The notes under the pieces were generated by a model that saw only the letters and a program-made list of their open reading frames with translations, ran no database searches and was not told the origin of the DNA. DNA of 64,000 nucleotides from an uncultured Gammaproteobacteria bacterium (GTDB taxonomy: Bacteria; Pseudomonadota; Gammaproteobacteria; GCA-001735895). The DNA lies in contig CAWIHJ010000092.1 in NCBI GenBank assembly GCA_963835795.1, positions 11,364-75,363 of the forward strand. The letters are read 5' to 3'. How positions within the stretch are numbered: position 1 is the first letter of the stretch; the number at the start of each line of letters is the position of its first letter. Positions 39,657-50,055 of this stretch are shown in pieces. Both the position numbers and the translations under genes were made by a program.

Positions 39657-41328
39657 TCAGTGTGACGAGTTTCCGGGTAACTGGTCGCGCGCGAAGCGGC
39701 AGGCGCGCACCCGGTTGTCGCGTCCGCGTACCTCGATTTCGCGAATGCTGCTGTTGTCGTAGGCGATGTTTTCGACTTCCAGCGTGACCGTTGAAATGAT
39801 CAGGTCACAATCCTGTTCCTTGGTTTGCGCTTCGAGGCGCGCGGCGATGTTGATGTTATCGCCGACCGCGGTCAGCAACGGTGTGCGTGGCGGTCCCATG
39901 GTGCCGACGATGGCGTCACCGCCGTGAATGCCGATGCCCATCTTCACGCTTTCACCGAACTCGCGCTGCAGCTGCAGGTTGAGCCGGTCGATGCGCTGGA
40001 ACATGTCGGCCGCCCCGGCCAGCGCATCGCTGCAGGCGCTGTTGCTTGCGCGAGGCATCGAGGCCGTAGAGTGCCATCAGGCCGTCGCCGGCAAATTGCG
40101 CGTAGTGGCCATGGGTCGCGGCCAGCGCCTCCGACAACTCGGTGAAGAAGCGATTCAGGATGAACACCACGTCGTAGGCCAGCACGCGTTCGCCAAGGTT
40201 GGTGGAGCCGCGCATGTCGACGAACATGGCGACCACGTATTCCTCGTGGCCTTCGACCCCGCCGCCGTGCAGAGCCGTGGCAAGGGGCTGGTTTGCCATC
40301 ACCAGTGGCGTGATGGCGAGGTCGGCGTCTGGATGCAACTGGCAGGCAAGGCGCACATCCTCGCCCGCCTTGATGCGCTCCAGGGCACGCGCTTCGAGGT
40401 GATTGGGCGCCGGCAACTGCGCCAGGCCGCTGCCAACGCGAACGCGACAGGTGGTGCAGCGCGCGCGTCCGCCACAGACCGCCGCGTGCGGGATGCGCGC
40501 CTCGCGCAGGGCTTCCAGCAGGGAACCGCCCTTGACCGCGCTGATCTCGCCTTTTTCAGCGTGGCTAATGCGATAGCTGTTGCGCCGCGACTGGCGCCAC
40601 AGGCGTAGCTGGCGTGCCGCCAGTACCAGCGCGAACAAGGCGGCCATGAAAACCCAGGCCTGTCCTTCCAGGGCGCGCAGGAAATCGACGTCGCGCTGCG
40701 GCATGGCCTCGATACCCGCGTAAATCTGCTTCAGCCGTTCGCTGTCGTCAACCCAGGCGCCGGCTTCGCGCAGCATGCGATAGATACCGATATACGCCAG
40801 CACGGGAACCAGCAGTGCAACGGCATAGGCGTAAGGCAACCAGGATGGGTAGCCCTGTTTGGTGCGCAGCCAGAAATGCAGCCCGATCACCAGGTGAACC
40901 CAGATCACGGCAATGAGTATCAACAGTTGCACCAGTATCGCGGGTTTCAGCGCCAGCGACGTGATCACGTAATAGTAGTTGGGGTCCACTTCGCCGAGCA
41001 GGTCGAAGCCGCGGTTGGAGATCGCGTGGCCGACCAGCAGTGGCAGGATGGATAGTCCGAGAGCCAATTGTGCCCATTGCCAGGTCGACAGGCGCAGGCT
41101 TGCGCGCCGGTACAGCGAATGCAGTGCGATCACCGCGTGGAACAGGATAGCGCCATACAGCAGGAACAGGCCCGGCGTGGTTTGAAATGCGGCACCGATG
41201 GTCTTACGATAGGTTTCGGCCGCGTCAATCGAGACTATGCCGGAAGCGTGGTTTAACAGATGTTGTGTCACATAGGCTGCGAGTACGAGTCCGGAACCGA
41301 GGCGTAACTGGGATTCGATGTGCTTCAT
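39657..41328 (-). CDS. Membrane-bound class III nucleotide cyclase with a 2Fe-2S ferredoxin domain (1 frameshift near 40050)
   Basis: About 6 TM; CGGRARCTTCRV..RLACQ; FVDMRGST, FAGDG, GIHGG, GDNINIAARLE. Confidence 0.88.
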
Positions 41329-41395
41329 GGGCTCGAATTTAAGCAGAAAAGCGCGCTGCGAGATACCACCACCGATGAATCGAATGGAGTTTGAA

Positions 41396-42226
41396 ATGAA
41401 ACGAATACTGATGGTTTTGCTGATCGCATTGTTGGGCACCGGCGGCGCTGGCGCACAGGATATCAAGCGCGAGATTACGCGCGTGACTTTTGACGTATAC
41501 CGCTTTCAAAACCAGTTCCACAACAACATGTTCGTGGTCACCGGCGCCGGCGTGGTGGTCACCGACCCGATCAATGTCGACGCGGCGGCCTGGCTGAAAA
41601 AGGAAATCGCTAAAATCACCGACGAACCGATCACCTACCTGATCTACAGCCACAGCCATGGCGACCACGCTTCCGGCGGCACCGCCTATGGCGACGTACC
41701 GAACGTTATCATGCACGCGAATGCACCCGAGGATATAGACCTGGTCGAGGCCACCAGGCGTTTTGATGAGCAGATGAGCTTTGTGCTCGGCAGCAAAACC
41801 TTCACCTTGACTTACCTGGGCCCCGGGCATGGCAAGGATATGATCGCCATGGTCGTGCATCCCGATGCGGTCGCTTTCGTGGTCGATGTGGTCAGCGCCA
41901 AACGCCTGTTCTATCGCGATTTCCCGGGCGCCAATGTCGATCAGTGGATCGACCAGGTGAAGAAAGTGGAGACGCTCGATTTCGATCTTCTGCTCGGTGG
42001 GCATGGTCCGGTTGGTGTCAAACGTGATGTCGGTGACGGCATTGCTTATCTCGAGGAATTACGCGCCGCGGTGCTGAAAGGACTGCAGGCGGGCAAGACG
42101 GTCGATGAACTCAAGCGTGAAGTCACCATGGACAAGTACCGGGAGTGGGCGGCCTATGATAGCTGGCGTGCACTCAACGTGCAGGGAATGGCGCGCCACC
42201 TGAGAGAATCAGGCGCGCTGCAGTAA
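41396..42226 (+). CDS. Secreted MBL-fold metallo-hydrolase
   Basis: Signal peptide; HSHGDH, GPGH, GGHG. Confidence 0.85.
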   Translation: MKRILMVLLIALLGTGGAGAQDIKREITRVTFDVYRFQNQFHNNMFVVTGAGVVVTDPINVDAAAWLKKEIAKITDEPITYLIYSHSHGDHASGGTAYGDVPNVIMHANAPEDIDLVEATRRFDEQMSFVLGSKTFTLTYLGPGHGKDMIAMVVHPDAVAFVVDVVSAKRLFYRDFPGANVDQWIDQVKKVETLDFDLLLGGHGPVGVKRDVGDGIAYLEELRAAVLKGLQAGKTVDELKREVTMDKYREWAAYDSWRALNVQGMARHLRESGALQ

Positions 42227-42286
42227 CTGGCAATGCCGTTTACCGGGGTTTTGCTGTAAATGAGCACGGCGCGCGCAAGGAATGGC

Positions 42287-42455
42287 CTGGCAGTCTGTCG
42301 GACTTAGGGATGATCTACTGCGGCGATGGGAAATCGGCCCATTTTTCCGATCTTTTTCGTTGCGTAGTTCCCACTATGCGCCTCAAAAGGTCGAAAAAAT
42401 GGACTCGATTTCCCACTCGCCTCGCTACGATTCCCTAAGTCCGACAGACTGCTAG
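42287..42455. mobile_element. MITE-like element, 21-bp terminal inverted repeats plus long internal pairing
   Basis: GCAGTCTGTCGGACTTAGGGA (42290-310) / TCCCTAAGTCCGACAGACTGC (42432-52); flanks CTGG / CTAG. Confidence 0.72.
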
Positions 42456-44020
42456 AGTAGCGATTCGATTGGCATCAGTTGCAATAACCTGTCACCAAAG
42501 CGGCGCCAGAAGCCGGCATTCGGTTCGCTTGTGAAGCGTTGTTCCTCACCTTCGAGAGTGCGGTGCCAGACCAGTTTTTCTTTACCGGCCTGGTTAGTCT
42601 CCAGTAGCAAACGATAAGCAACGTTGTTTACCTCCCGGTTGAACCAGTCGTTCATCTCACGGGCAATTTCGACGGAATCAATGACCAATCCGATCTCGGT
42701 ATTTTCAACCACCGATCTCGGGTCAAGATTCATTGAGCCGATGAATACGCGCTTGCGATCGATGACAAATGATTTGGCGTGCAGGCTGGCCTTCGACGAG
42801 CCGGAAGGGCCTTTTTTCCCCTTGCGCTGCGCGCGACTCAGCACATCGTCGATCTCGAAAAGCTCGACACCCGCGCGTAACAGGCCTCGGCGATACCTGG
42901 CGTAACCCGCGTGCACGGTAGACACATCAGTTGATGCCAGTGAGTTGGTCAGGATACGCACCCGTACGCCTTGTTCGCGCAAGGTTTGAATTTTTTTCAA
43001 TCCTTGCCGACCCGGAATAAAATAGGGGGAGAATATCGTCAGTTCCTGCCTGATTAGCGAGCTTAGCGGTTCGAACTGGGTGACCAGGTGAAGTTTGGTC
43101 TGCTCTCGACCGGTGGTCACCTTTGCGGGGTCATCGTACATTACCTGGGCATTACCCCAGTTCATCGCAAAGCGGTTGTTGCTGACGTCTGCAACCAGGG
43201 TGGCAGGATTGTCTTTAATGCGTGCAACCAGTTCGCTGTTGCGCAGTGCTTGCAGGTACTGCGAATCAGGCTGCTGTTCGACAAACTGCGAGAAATGCCT
43301 GCGCAGCTTTTGCAGGTCCTGCGATGGAGCTTTCCTGCCGAGCAGGGTGGCTATTGGGTAACTGGTCTGGCTGTTCCAGTACAGGTCAAAGCTGGTCGAA
43401 ATGTCTCCGACCACCGGGCCAATGGCGAGGGCGTCAAGATCACCAAAGGCCAGCTCCGGATCGGCCTCGAAGTATTCGTTGCCGATGTTGCGTCCGCCGA
43501 CAACGCTGATCTGGTTGTCGACGGTAAAGGATTTGTTGTGCATGCGCCGGGTAATGTCGTCGAAACGCGTCAGTAATTGCAGCCAGCGGTATGATCTGCG
43601 GGTAAACGGGTTAAATACCCGTATTTCGACCAGCGGATGGGTGTCGAGTGCCGCCATGCTGATGTCCTTGTAGTCGTCGAGCGTCATATCGTCCACCAGC
43701 AGACGTACGCGCACTCCCCGATCTGCGGCTTTCAGCAGGGCGCTCAGAAACAGTCGTCCGACCAGGTCGTTGTGCAGCAGGTAGTACTGGGCGTCGATAC
43801 TGCGTTCGGCACTGTCGGCCAGCAGAGCGCGCGCGGCAAACGCGTCGAGGCCGTTTGGCAGCAGCAGGAAGCCGGAAAGACCTGGATGGCGGGCCAGGTC
43901 GTCTTTGATGGACTGGCCCAGCGTTGTGTTGCGGGTATCGGTGAAAGCCCCGGACGATTTTCGATCAAGGTTCTGCGGCAGGCTCACGCAGGCGTCGAGC
44001 AAGGCGGACATCAGGAACAC
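42452..44020 (-). CDS. Phospholipase D family protein (ClsC/YmdC-like cardiolipin synthase)
   Basis: Two HKD motifs (RMHNKSFTVDN, LHAKSFVIDR), GGRNIGNEYF, SPYFIPG, GSMNLDPRS. Confidence 0.9.
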   Translation of the reverse strand: MFLMSALLDACVSLPQNLDRKSSGAFTDTRNTTLGQSIKDDLARHPGLSGFLLLPNGLDAFAARALLADSAERSIDAQYYLLHNDLVGRLFLSALLKAADRGVRVRLLVDDMTLDDYKDISMAALDTHPLVEIRVFNPFTRRSYRWLQLLTRFDDITRRMHNKSFTVDNQISVVGGRNIGNEYFEADPELAFGDLDALAIGPVVGDISTSFDLYWNSQTSYPIATLLGRKAPSQDLQKLRRHFSQFVEQQPDSQYLQALRNSELVARIKDNPATLVADVSNNRFAMNWGNAQVMYDDPAKVTTGREQTKLHLVTQFEPLSSLIRQELTIFSPYFIPGRQGLKKIQTLREQGVRVRILTNSLASTDVSTVHAGYARYRRGLLRAGVELFEIDDVLSRAQRKGKKGPSGSSKASLHAKSFVIDRKRVFIGSMNLDPRSVVENTEIGLVIDSVEIAREMNDWFNREVNNVAYRLLLETNQAGKEKLVWHRTLEGEEQRFTSEPNAGFWRRFGDRLLQLMPIESLL

Positions 44021-44369
44021 GGCAATACCCCGTGAATGACTGAATTTCGATGTCGGTATTTAACGGCCTTCATGTTTGCTCAACATGGCTGCCTGTCTGG
44101 ATAAATCGCCAGCATCAGCAGCAACCCGGCTTGCCTCGCGAGGTTTTGCACGCGTTGCCAGGTCGAAATGATTATGCTGATTCCAGTGATTGAATCCCTC
44201 TGCGGGCCGAACTGTTTTCGGAAACGATCCCCTTACATTAACAGTGTCTGTTTTTTTTTGCTTACGCCACTATCGCGAAAGGATCAGTATATCGTTAGCG
44301 GTGACGCGGGGATACCAGACTTACCATGACTTTATTTGTGATGACAAGCGCAGGATGCCCTGCGCGGAG

Positions 44370-45407
44370 TTACAACAAATCGGTCAGTATTATGCCTATA
44401 CCGATACGCTCGATGTGAGTGTTGTAGTCGATCAGGCTTTCACCGTAACCGTTAAAAAACTGCAGGTAGCCGCGATAGCGACCCTCAAGCGGGAAAGTCC
44501 AGTCGACCCGGATGGCGCCGCGATTTTCGTCGACATCGAGGTTGTTACGCAGCATTACCGAGATTTCGTGATCGAATTTGCGATAAGCGACGGAAAATTC
44601 AAAATTGCCGAGGAAGTCTTCGATGTCCGGATTATCGTCGCCCTGCGGATCGCGGGGGTCGTCTTTTTCGTCTTCCGGAATCCGCCACCAGGTTTTCAGG
44701 TAAAAAACGTAGCGCTCGCGTTCCCAGACCAGCCCGGCGTAAACGCGATTCCAGCTGCGTGAAAAAGCCTGGCTGCGCCCGTTCGACTGATGCGACAGGC
44801 CCAGGGTGACTAGCGTGGCATCGCCGCCGAATACACTCCAGGGCACCGGCATAACCCAGAATATCTCGGGTTCGTAATTGGTTTCACGAAACGGCGCCGA
44901 GATCTCGCTGTTATAAACCTGCCAGAAAGCGAGCAGGGTAAAGCCGCCATAGATGGCGTCGTGCTCGCTGAAAATCCCCTCTGCCAGCGGTAGCTTGAGG
45001 CTGATTTGAAACTGGGTTTCATAGTGGTCCAGCGATTCGTCGAAGTTTCCGTCGCTTTCGAACGGTTCGTCGTTAGGATCCCTCGACCAGGTCAGCGGCA
45101 GTAAATAATTACGCCGGTGGGCTAGCAACACCGAACGATTGTTGTCGACGGCACGTTCACGCTGGATTCGATCGATAACCAGAGAATCACCTTGCTGCGG
45201 TAGTGTATCTGCGGGAGCGTCGCTAGTTTCGGAAGCAGTTTCAGAAGCAGTCTCGGCGGCAGTCTCGGCGGCAGTCTCGGCGGCAGTCTCGGCAGCAGTC
45301 TCGGCAGCAGTCTCGGCAGCAGTCTCGGCAGCAGTCTCGGCAGCTGACGCGGAACCGCAAAGCAGCAGGATAAATAACAGGCCGTGAAAATGCTTTACGT
45401 AGGTCAT
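44370..45407 (-). CDS. pldA: Outer-membrane phospholipase A (OMPLA)
   Basis: FQISLK, PFRETNYEPE, catalytic HQSNG, SRSWNR, NGYGESLIDYN. Confidence 0.93.
   Translation of the reverse strand: MTYVKHFHGLLFILLLCGSASAAETAAETAAETAAETAAETAAETAAETAAETASETASETSDAPADTLPQQGDSLVIDRIQRERAVDNNRSVLLAHRRNYLLPLTWSRDPNDEPFESDGNFDESLDHYETQFQISLKLPLAEGIFSEHDAIYGGFTLLAFWQVYNSEISAPFRETNYEPEIFWVMPVPWSVFGGDATLVTLGLSHQSNGRSQAFSRSWNRVYAGLVWERERYVFYLKTWWRIPEDEKDDPRDPQGDDNPDIEDFLGNFEFSVAYRKFDHEISVMLRNNLDVDENRGAIRVDWTFPLEGRYRGYLQFFNGYGESLIDYNTHIERIGIGIILTDLL
45223..45342. repeat. In-frame 12-bp tandem repeat in pldA: 8 near-perfect units plus 2 degenerate
   Basis: GCAGTCTCGGC(G/A) x8 at 45247-45342; encodes (AETA)8-SETA-SETS. 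Confidence 0.95.
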
Positions 45408-45713
45408 GTTGTTAATCGTTGTTGAGGCAGTCGGCTGTTCGGTGATCTGAAAATTGCCCGCATCGCTGACCGCTTGTGCTCATTTACATAAATGGCAAGT
45501 CTATCAGCTTGCAGGCGCGGGGAAACGCGACAGGCGAAATGATTCGCTGTTATTCTGCGTAAACGAAAGGCACCGGGTCCGCATTTGTTGACCGATGGCC
45601 TGGCCAATCCGACCCGGTTGTCAAAATCCGGGAGATTGAACCACTTACCAAAGTGTAGTATTCAGGGATCTTCATTTAAGCGCCCGCCAGTCATTGCAGT
45701 TGAGGAACACACC

Positions 45714-46548
45714 ATGCGACAACTTACGCTTGCTTCGGGTAATGCCATTCCGGTTTTTGGGTTGGGCACCTGGCGCATGGGTGAAAACCCCGCTCGCTAT
45801 CAGGCCGAGGTCAGCGTCATCCGTGAAGCCCTGGATATGGGAGTGCGCCTGATCGACACCGCCGAAATGTATGGCGAAGGTGGCGCCGAGGAAGTCATAG
45901 GTGAAGCCATAGACGGGCGACGCGACGGCCTGTTCCTGGTGAGCAAGTTTTATCCTGAAAACGCCAGTCGCAGCGGCGTTATCGAAGCCTGCGAGCGCAG
46001 TTTGCAGCGCATGAATTGCGACTACATCGATCTGTACCTGCTGCATTGGCCGGGGAGCATACCGCTCGCGCAAACTTTCGCGGCACTGCATGAATTGCAG
46101 GACAGTGGCAAGATTCGCGATTTCGGCGTCAGTAATTTCGACCTGGCTGATTTACAGGCTATTCCCGTCGAAGACCAGGGTCGGCTGGGATGCAACCAGA
46201 TTTTTTACAACCTCGCGCATCGCGAAGTCGAGGGGCAGGTCACTGACTGGTGTCGGCAGCGCGGCACCCCGCTAATGGCTTATTCGCCACTGGACCAGGG
46301 CGGTGCCTTGCTGCGTTCGCCTGTGATCGCTGAGGTGGCGCAAAGACATCAAGCGACACCAGCGCAGATAGCCCTTGCCTGGTTACTGCATCAGCCACAG
46401 ACCGTGGTCATACCCAAGTCAGCCAGGGCAGATCGCAATGCGGAGAATCTGGCCGCGATAAATGTCAAACTTGATACGCGAAGATCTCGGCAAGCTCGAC
46501 GCCGCTTTCCCGGCACCGGCAGGAAAAGTGCGCCTGGGAATGCGTTAG
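45714..46548 (+). CDS. Aldo/keto reductase (YeaE-like), 1 frameshift near 46480
   Basis: GLGTWRMGE, DTAEMYGEG, SKFY, DLYLLHW, GVSNF, AYSPL, IPKS; corrected C-terminus DLGKLDAAFPAP..LGMR. Confidence 0.9.
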
Positions 46549-46581
46549 TAGTGCAAGCGCTAGTGCAAGCGAGACACTCCC

Positions 46582-47738
46582 TTGAGGCTTGATTCGCTCA
46601 CCCGCTTCGCGTTATTTTTCTTCATCCAGAATTTGCCTCGCGGCATGTTGTTGTCGGTTATTCCGCTGCAGGCTTACGCGCTGATGGGAAATGCGCAGGA
46701 CACCAGCCTGTTGCTGTTCGCGGTCAGTGTCGGCGGTATTCTCGCGGCGCTGACCCTGCCAGTGTTGATCCGGCGCATCGGGCTGTACCCGTCTTACCTG
46801 TTGTCCTGCGCGACGATGTTGCTGTCGGCGGGTTTGATGACGGTCGGAACAGGCGTGGATTTTTTCCGGCGGATTGTTTTTCCACGTGTTTGCGATTGCC
46901 GCGGCTGAGGTCACCCTGTCGATTTACGTGATGGGGCGTATCCCACGCACGCAGATGACCAGTTTCGAACCCCTGCGCGTGTTTTTCAATGTCACCGCGC
47001 TGACCATTGGTCCGTTTCTCGGGCGTCTATCTCGAAAGCCAGGTTTGGCATCAGCTGCCGTTTATCAGCTGCATGATTTTCATGCTGATTGCCGCCGGCT
47101 GGTTTCGCGCGCTCGGCCTGCAGCACACGCGCATTCCGGCGACGCGTTCGCAAAGCGTCAACCCGTTGAAATACCTGCCGCGCTATTTCAGCCAGGCGCG
47201 CCTGCGGCTCGCTTACGGACTGGCGCTGGCGCGCTCGGGCTGGTGGACCATGTTCATCATTTACGTGCCGATATACGCGGCCCAGTCCGGGCTCGGCGAA
47301 CTCACCGGCGCGGCGCTGGTATCCATCGGTACCGCGTGGACGCTGTCGGTGCCATTCTGGGGCTGGGTTGCCCGTCACTACGGGGTTCGGCGCCTGATGA
47401 TGCTGGGATTCTCCACCAGCAGCGCACTCACGCTGCTGGTTTTCCTGGCCACCGATTTTCCAACCATCGCCGCCGTGCTGCTGGTGGTTTGCGCGCTCGG
47501 CGCGACCATGCTGGATGGCGTCGGTAACGTGTTGTTCTTTCGCGCGGTGCATTCGGGCGAACGCGCGCAGATGACGGCCGTGTTCGTGACTTATCGCGAT
47601 CTCGGGCAGTTGATGACACCGGGCCTTTTCGCCATTTTGCTCAGCTACTTTGCGTTACCGGTGGTGTTTTCCACGGCGGCGCTGTGGATGGCGGTGTCGG
47701 CGGGATTTTGCCGTTATATTCCGAGGCGCCTGCACTAG
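46582..47738 (+). CDS. MFS transporter (frameshifted)
   Basis: About 12 hydrophobic segments across three ORFs; TYRDLGQL, FFRAV. Confidence 0.8.
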
Positions 47739-47759
47739 CCCGTCCAACGAGAACGCGGG

Positions 47760-48674
47760 CTAGTTTGCATTCAGCGCTTTAAAGTAGTGCTCGCAAAATG
47801 CAGCGAATTTATCGATAAGCCCGGACGATGGCGCCGCCTGTTTGCGTACCAGCACGATTGCCAATGGATCGATATCGTCGCTGATCGCCACCGAAACCAG
47901 TTGCTTGCCATCACAGGTTGTCGAGTGGGCGGGCTTCATCACGCTGAGCGAAAAGCCGAGACCGTTGGCCACGGCACTGCGCACCGATTCCATCGAATTC
48001 GAGGCGAAGGCAATGGGTGGATTGATGCCATGTGCCGCCAGCACCCCTTCGAAATAGTCGCGACTCGAAGGTCCGTCGAACATGACAAAGGGCTCCTCTG
48101 CCATGTCGGCGAGGCTTATTTTCGGCAGGGCCGCAAGGGGATGATTTTCACCCAGCAGCAGGAATGGTTTCAGGCGGGTGAGGACCTGGCGATCCAGCGG
48201 ATGATTGTCCAGTGACATGTCGTAGGTTAAGCCCAGGTCGATGTCGCCGGTATCGATAGCCGAAATGATTTCAGTTTGCAGTAATTCCGACGAGACGATT
48301 TCTATATCGGCGTAGGTATCGCGGTGCCCAGCGATGATCGGCGCCAGGTAAAAAGCTGCAATGGTGTGAAAACAACCGAAGCGAATAATACCGGTGTTAT
48401 CGGCGGCTATGGCCCGTGCATCGTGTTCGCTGCGGTCGGCTTGCTGTAACAGGTCGCGTGCTGAATGCAAAAATGCCCGCCCCTGGGGTGTCATCTCGGT
48501 ACCGCGAGCATGGTGCCGGTCAAACAGACGAAAATCGAACAGCGCTTCGAGCTTGTCGATGGCCTGGGCGACCGCCGGTTGGGATATATTGAGCACCCGT
48601 GACGCTTGCGCAATTCCGCCTTGTTCGGCCACCGCAACGAAGTAGGCGCATTGTTTTAGAGTAAATTTAACCAT
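47760..48674 (-). CDS. LysR family transcriptional regulator
   Basis: TLKQCAYFVAVAEQGGIAQASRVLNISQPAVAQAIDKLE HTH plus substrate-binding domain. Confidence 0.93.
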   Translation of the reverse strand: MVKFTLKQCAYFVAVAEQGGIAQASRVLNISQPAVAQAIDKLEALFDFRLFDRHHARGTEMTPQGRAFLHSARDLLQQADRSEHDARAIAADNTGIIRFGCFHTIAAFYLAPIIAGHRDTYADIEIVSSELLQTEIISAIDTGDIDLGLTYDMSLDNHPLDRQVLTRLKPFLLLGENHPLAALPKISLADMAEEPFVMFDGPSSRDYFEGVLAAHGINPPIAFASNSMESVRSAVANGLGFSLSVMKPAHSTTCDGKQLVSVAISDDIDPLAIVLVRKQAAPSSGLIDKFAAFCEHYFKALNAN

Positions 48675-48678
48675 ATTC

Positions 48679-48700
48679 TATATTTCTTAAAAGAAATATA
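48679..48700. promoter_or_regulatory. Perfect 10-bp inverted repeat, probable LysR operator
   Basis: TATATTTCTT-AA-AAGAAATATA directly before the lysR start in the divergent promoter region. Confidence 0.6.
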
Positions 48701-48771
48701 AAGCAATTTTATCTTGTTCTCCAGTATTGCTAGGCTCTCGCGCAATATCAATTCGAAAGAGGTTTCAGTCA

Positions 48772-49656
48772 ATGCAGGCATTAAGCGCAGCACAGTACAA
48801 ACAATTCTGGTCCGATGGATATCTGCTGGTGGAGAACGTTGTCGATGTCGATTTGCTGCAGGCGATGCGTGCCGATTTCGATGCCTGGGTGGAGGCGAGC
48901 CGTGAATACAGCGAGCCTTACGGCGACACCCTTGATGGTCGCCCTCGCTTTGACCTGGAAGCCGGCCACACTGCCGAAAAACCGGGGCTGCGGCGGGTCA
49001 ATGCGCCGATTGAAGTATCGCAGGCGTATTACGCGGCGATGGCCTCCAGCCGGATGACCGACTGCGTTGCCGACCTGATTGGCCCGAACGTCAAGTTTCA
49101 CCATGCGAAGATCAATTCCAAGTTACCCGGGGGACAGACTGCGGTGAAATGGCACCAGGATTTCCCCTTCACACCGCACTCCAACGATGACCTGGTGACT
49201 GCCTTGCTGATGGTCGACGAAGTCACCCAGGATAACGGGCCGCTGGAAGTGATCCCCGGTTCGCATAAAGGCGAAATCCACGGGCTCTGGCACGACGGCG
49301 TGTTCACCGGCGCAGTGACCGAGTCGGTTGCCAGGGATTGCCAGGAAAAAGCGATAAGCTGTATCGGCCCCGCGGGTTCTGTGTGCCTGATGCACACGCG
49401 CTTGCTGCATGCCTCGGCGCCCAATGTTTCATCACGACCAAGAAACCTGTTTATTAGCGTCTATTCGGCCGAGGATGCCGTGTCGTATTCGAGCAATCCC
49501 ATGCCCAACCAGTTCGAAGGGATGGTGGTGCGGGGCGAAAAGACCAATAAAGTGCGGGCCATCGCTTACCAAATCGAGTTGCCGCAAAAACCCACCACCG
49601 CATCGTTCTTCGATCAACAGGCACGCAGTAGCGATACGACGGACCACGCGGCCTAG
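48772..49656 (+). CDS. Phytanoyl-CoA dioxygenase family Fe(II)/2OG enzyme
   Basis: KINSK, WHQD, NGPLEVIPGSH, HTRLLHASAPN. Confidence 0.9.
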   Translation: MQALSAAQYKQFWSDGYLLVENVVDVDLLQAMRADFDAWVEASREYSEPYGDTLDGRPRFDLEAGHTAEKPGLRRVNAPIEVSQAYYAAMASSRMTDCVADLIGPNVKFHHAKINSKLPGGQTAVKWHQDFPFTPHSNDDLVTALLMVDEVTQDNGPLEVIPGSHKGEIHGLWHDGVFTGAVTESVARDCQEKAISCIGPAGSVCLMHTRLLHASAPNVSSRPRNLFISVYSAEDAVSYSSNPMPNQFEGMVVRGEKTNKVRAIAYQIELPQKPTTASFFDQQARSSDTTDHAA

Positions 49657-49938
49657 CCCGCATATCTCACCGATTTCCTACTGCGGACGTCGCAAAGCTC
49701 ACTGTGACGCGCCGTACTCCCGCCGGCCCGCTAAACGTAGCGTAAACTACGCCGGCGCGGACCTCTCCCCCAATGTACCAGAGGCCCATTGGGTTGTGCG
49801 GCGCGACACAGCGTCTTTTCGACGCCCTCGGCAATTGCCCGGGACGCCGGATCGCCGAAACGTCGGACCGCTGCATTGCTCTACTACTGCACATCCATGT
49901 GCATATCGCTACATAAATCGGTGAGATATGCGGGCTAG
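49653..49938. mobile_element. 286-bp MITE-like element with perfect 24-bp terminal inverted repeats starting CTAG
   Basis: CTAGCCCGCATATCTCACCGATTT (49653-76) / AAATCGGTGAGATATGCGGGCTAG (49915-38); internal hairpins; no convincing coding frame. Confidence 0.8.
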
Positions 49939-50055
49939 TCGCTATTCTGAAGAACGGCCGGCTGTGCCCCGCCTGGCACTTTCTGATTCCAGCGCGTTGC
50001 GACGAAGTGGTAGTATCTCCGCTTACTGTGCTTTTTCAGGACTTCGGACAACATC

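Noticed and set aside
45247-45342. CRISPR or other array interpretation of the 12-bp tandem repeat
   Set aside because: There are no spacers and the repeat is in frame within pldA.
46549-46571. Tandem TAGTGCAAGCG duplication
   Set aside because: A single 11-bp duplication in a short spacer; most simply slippage.
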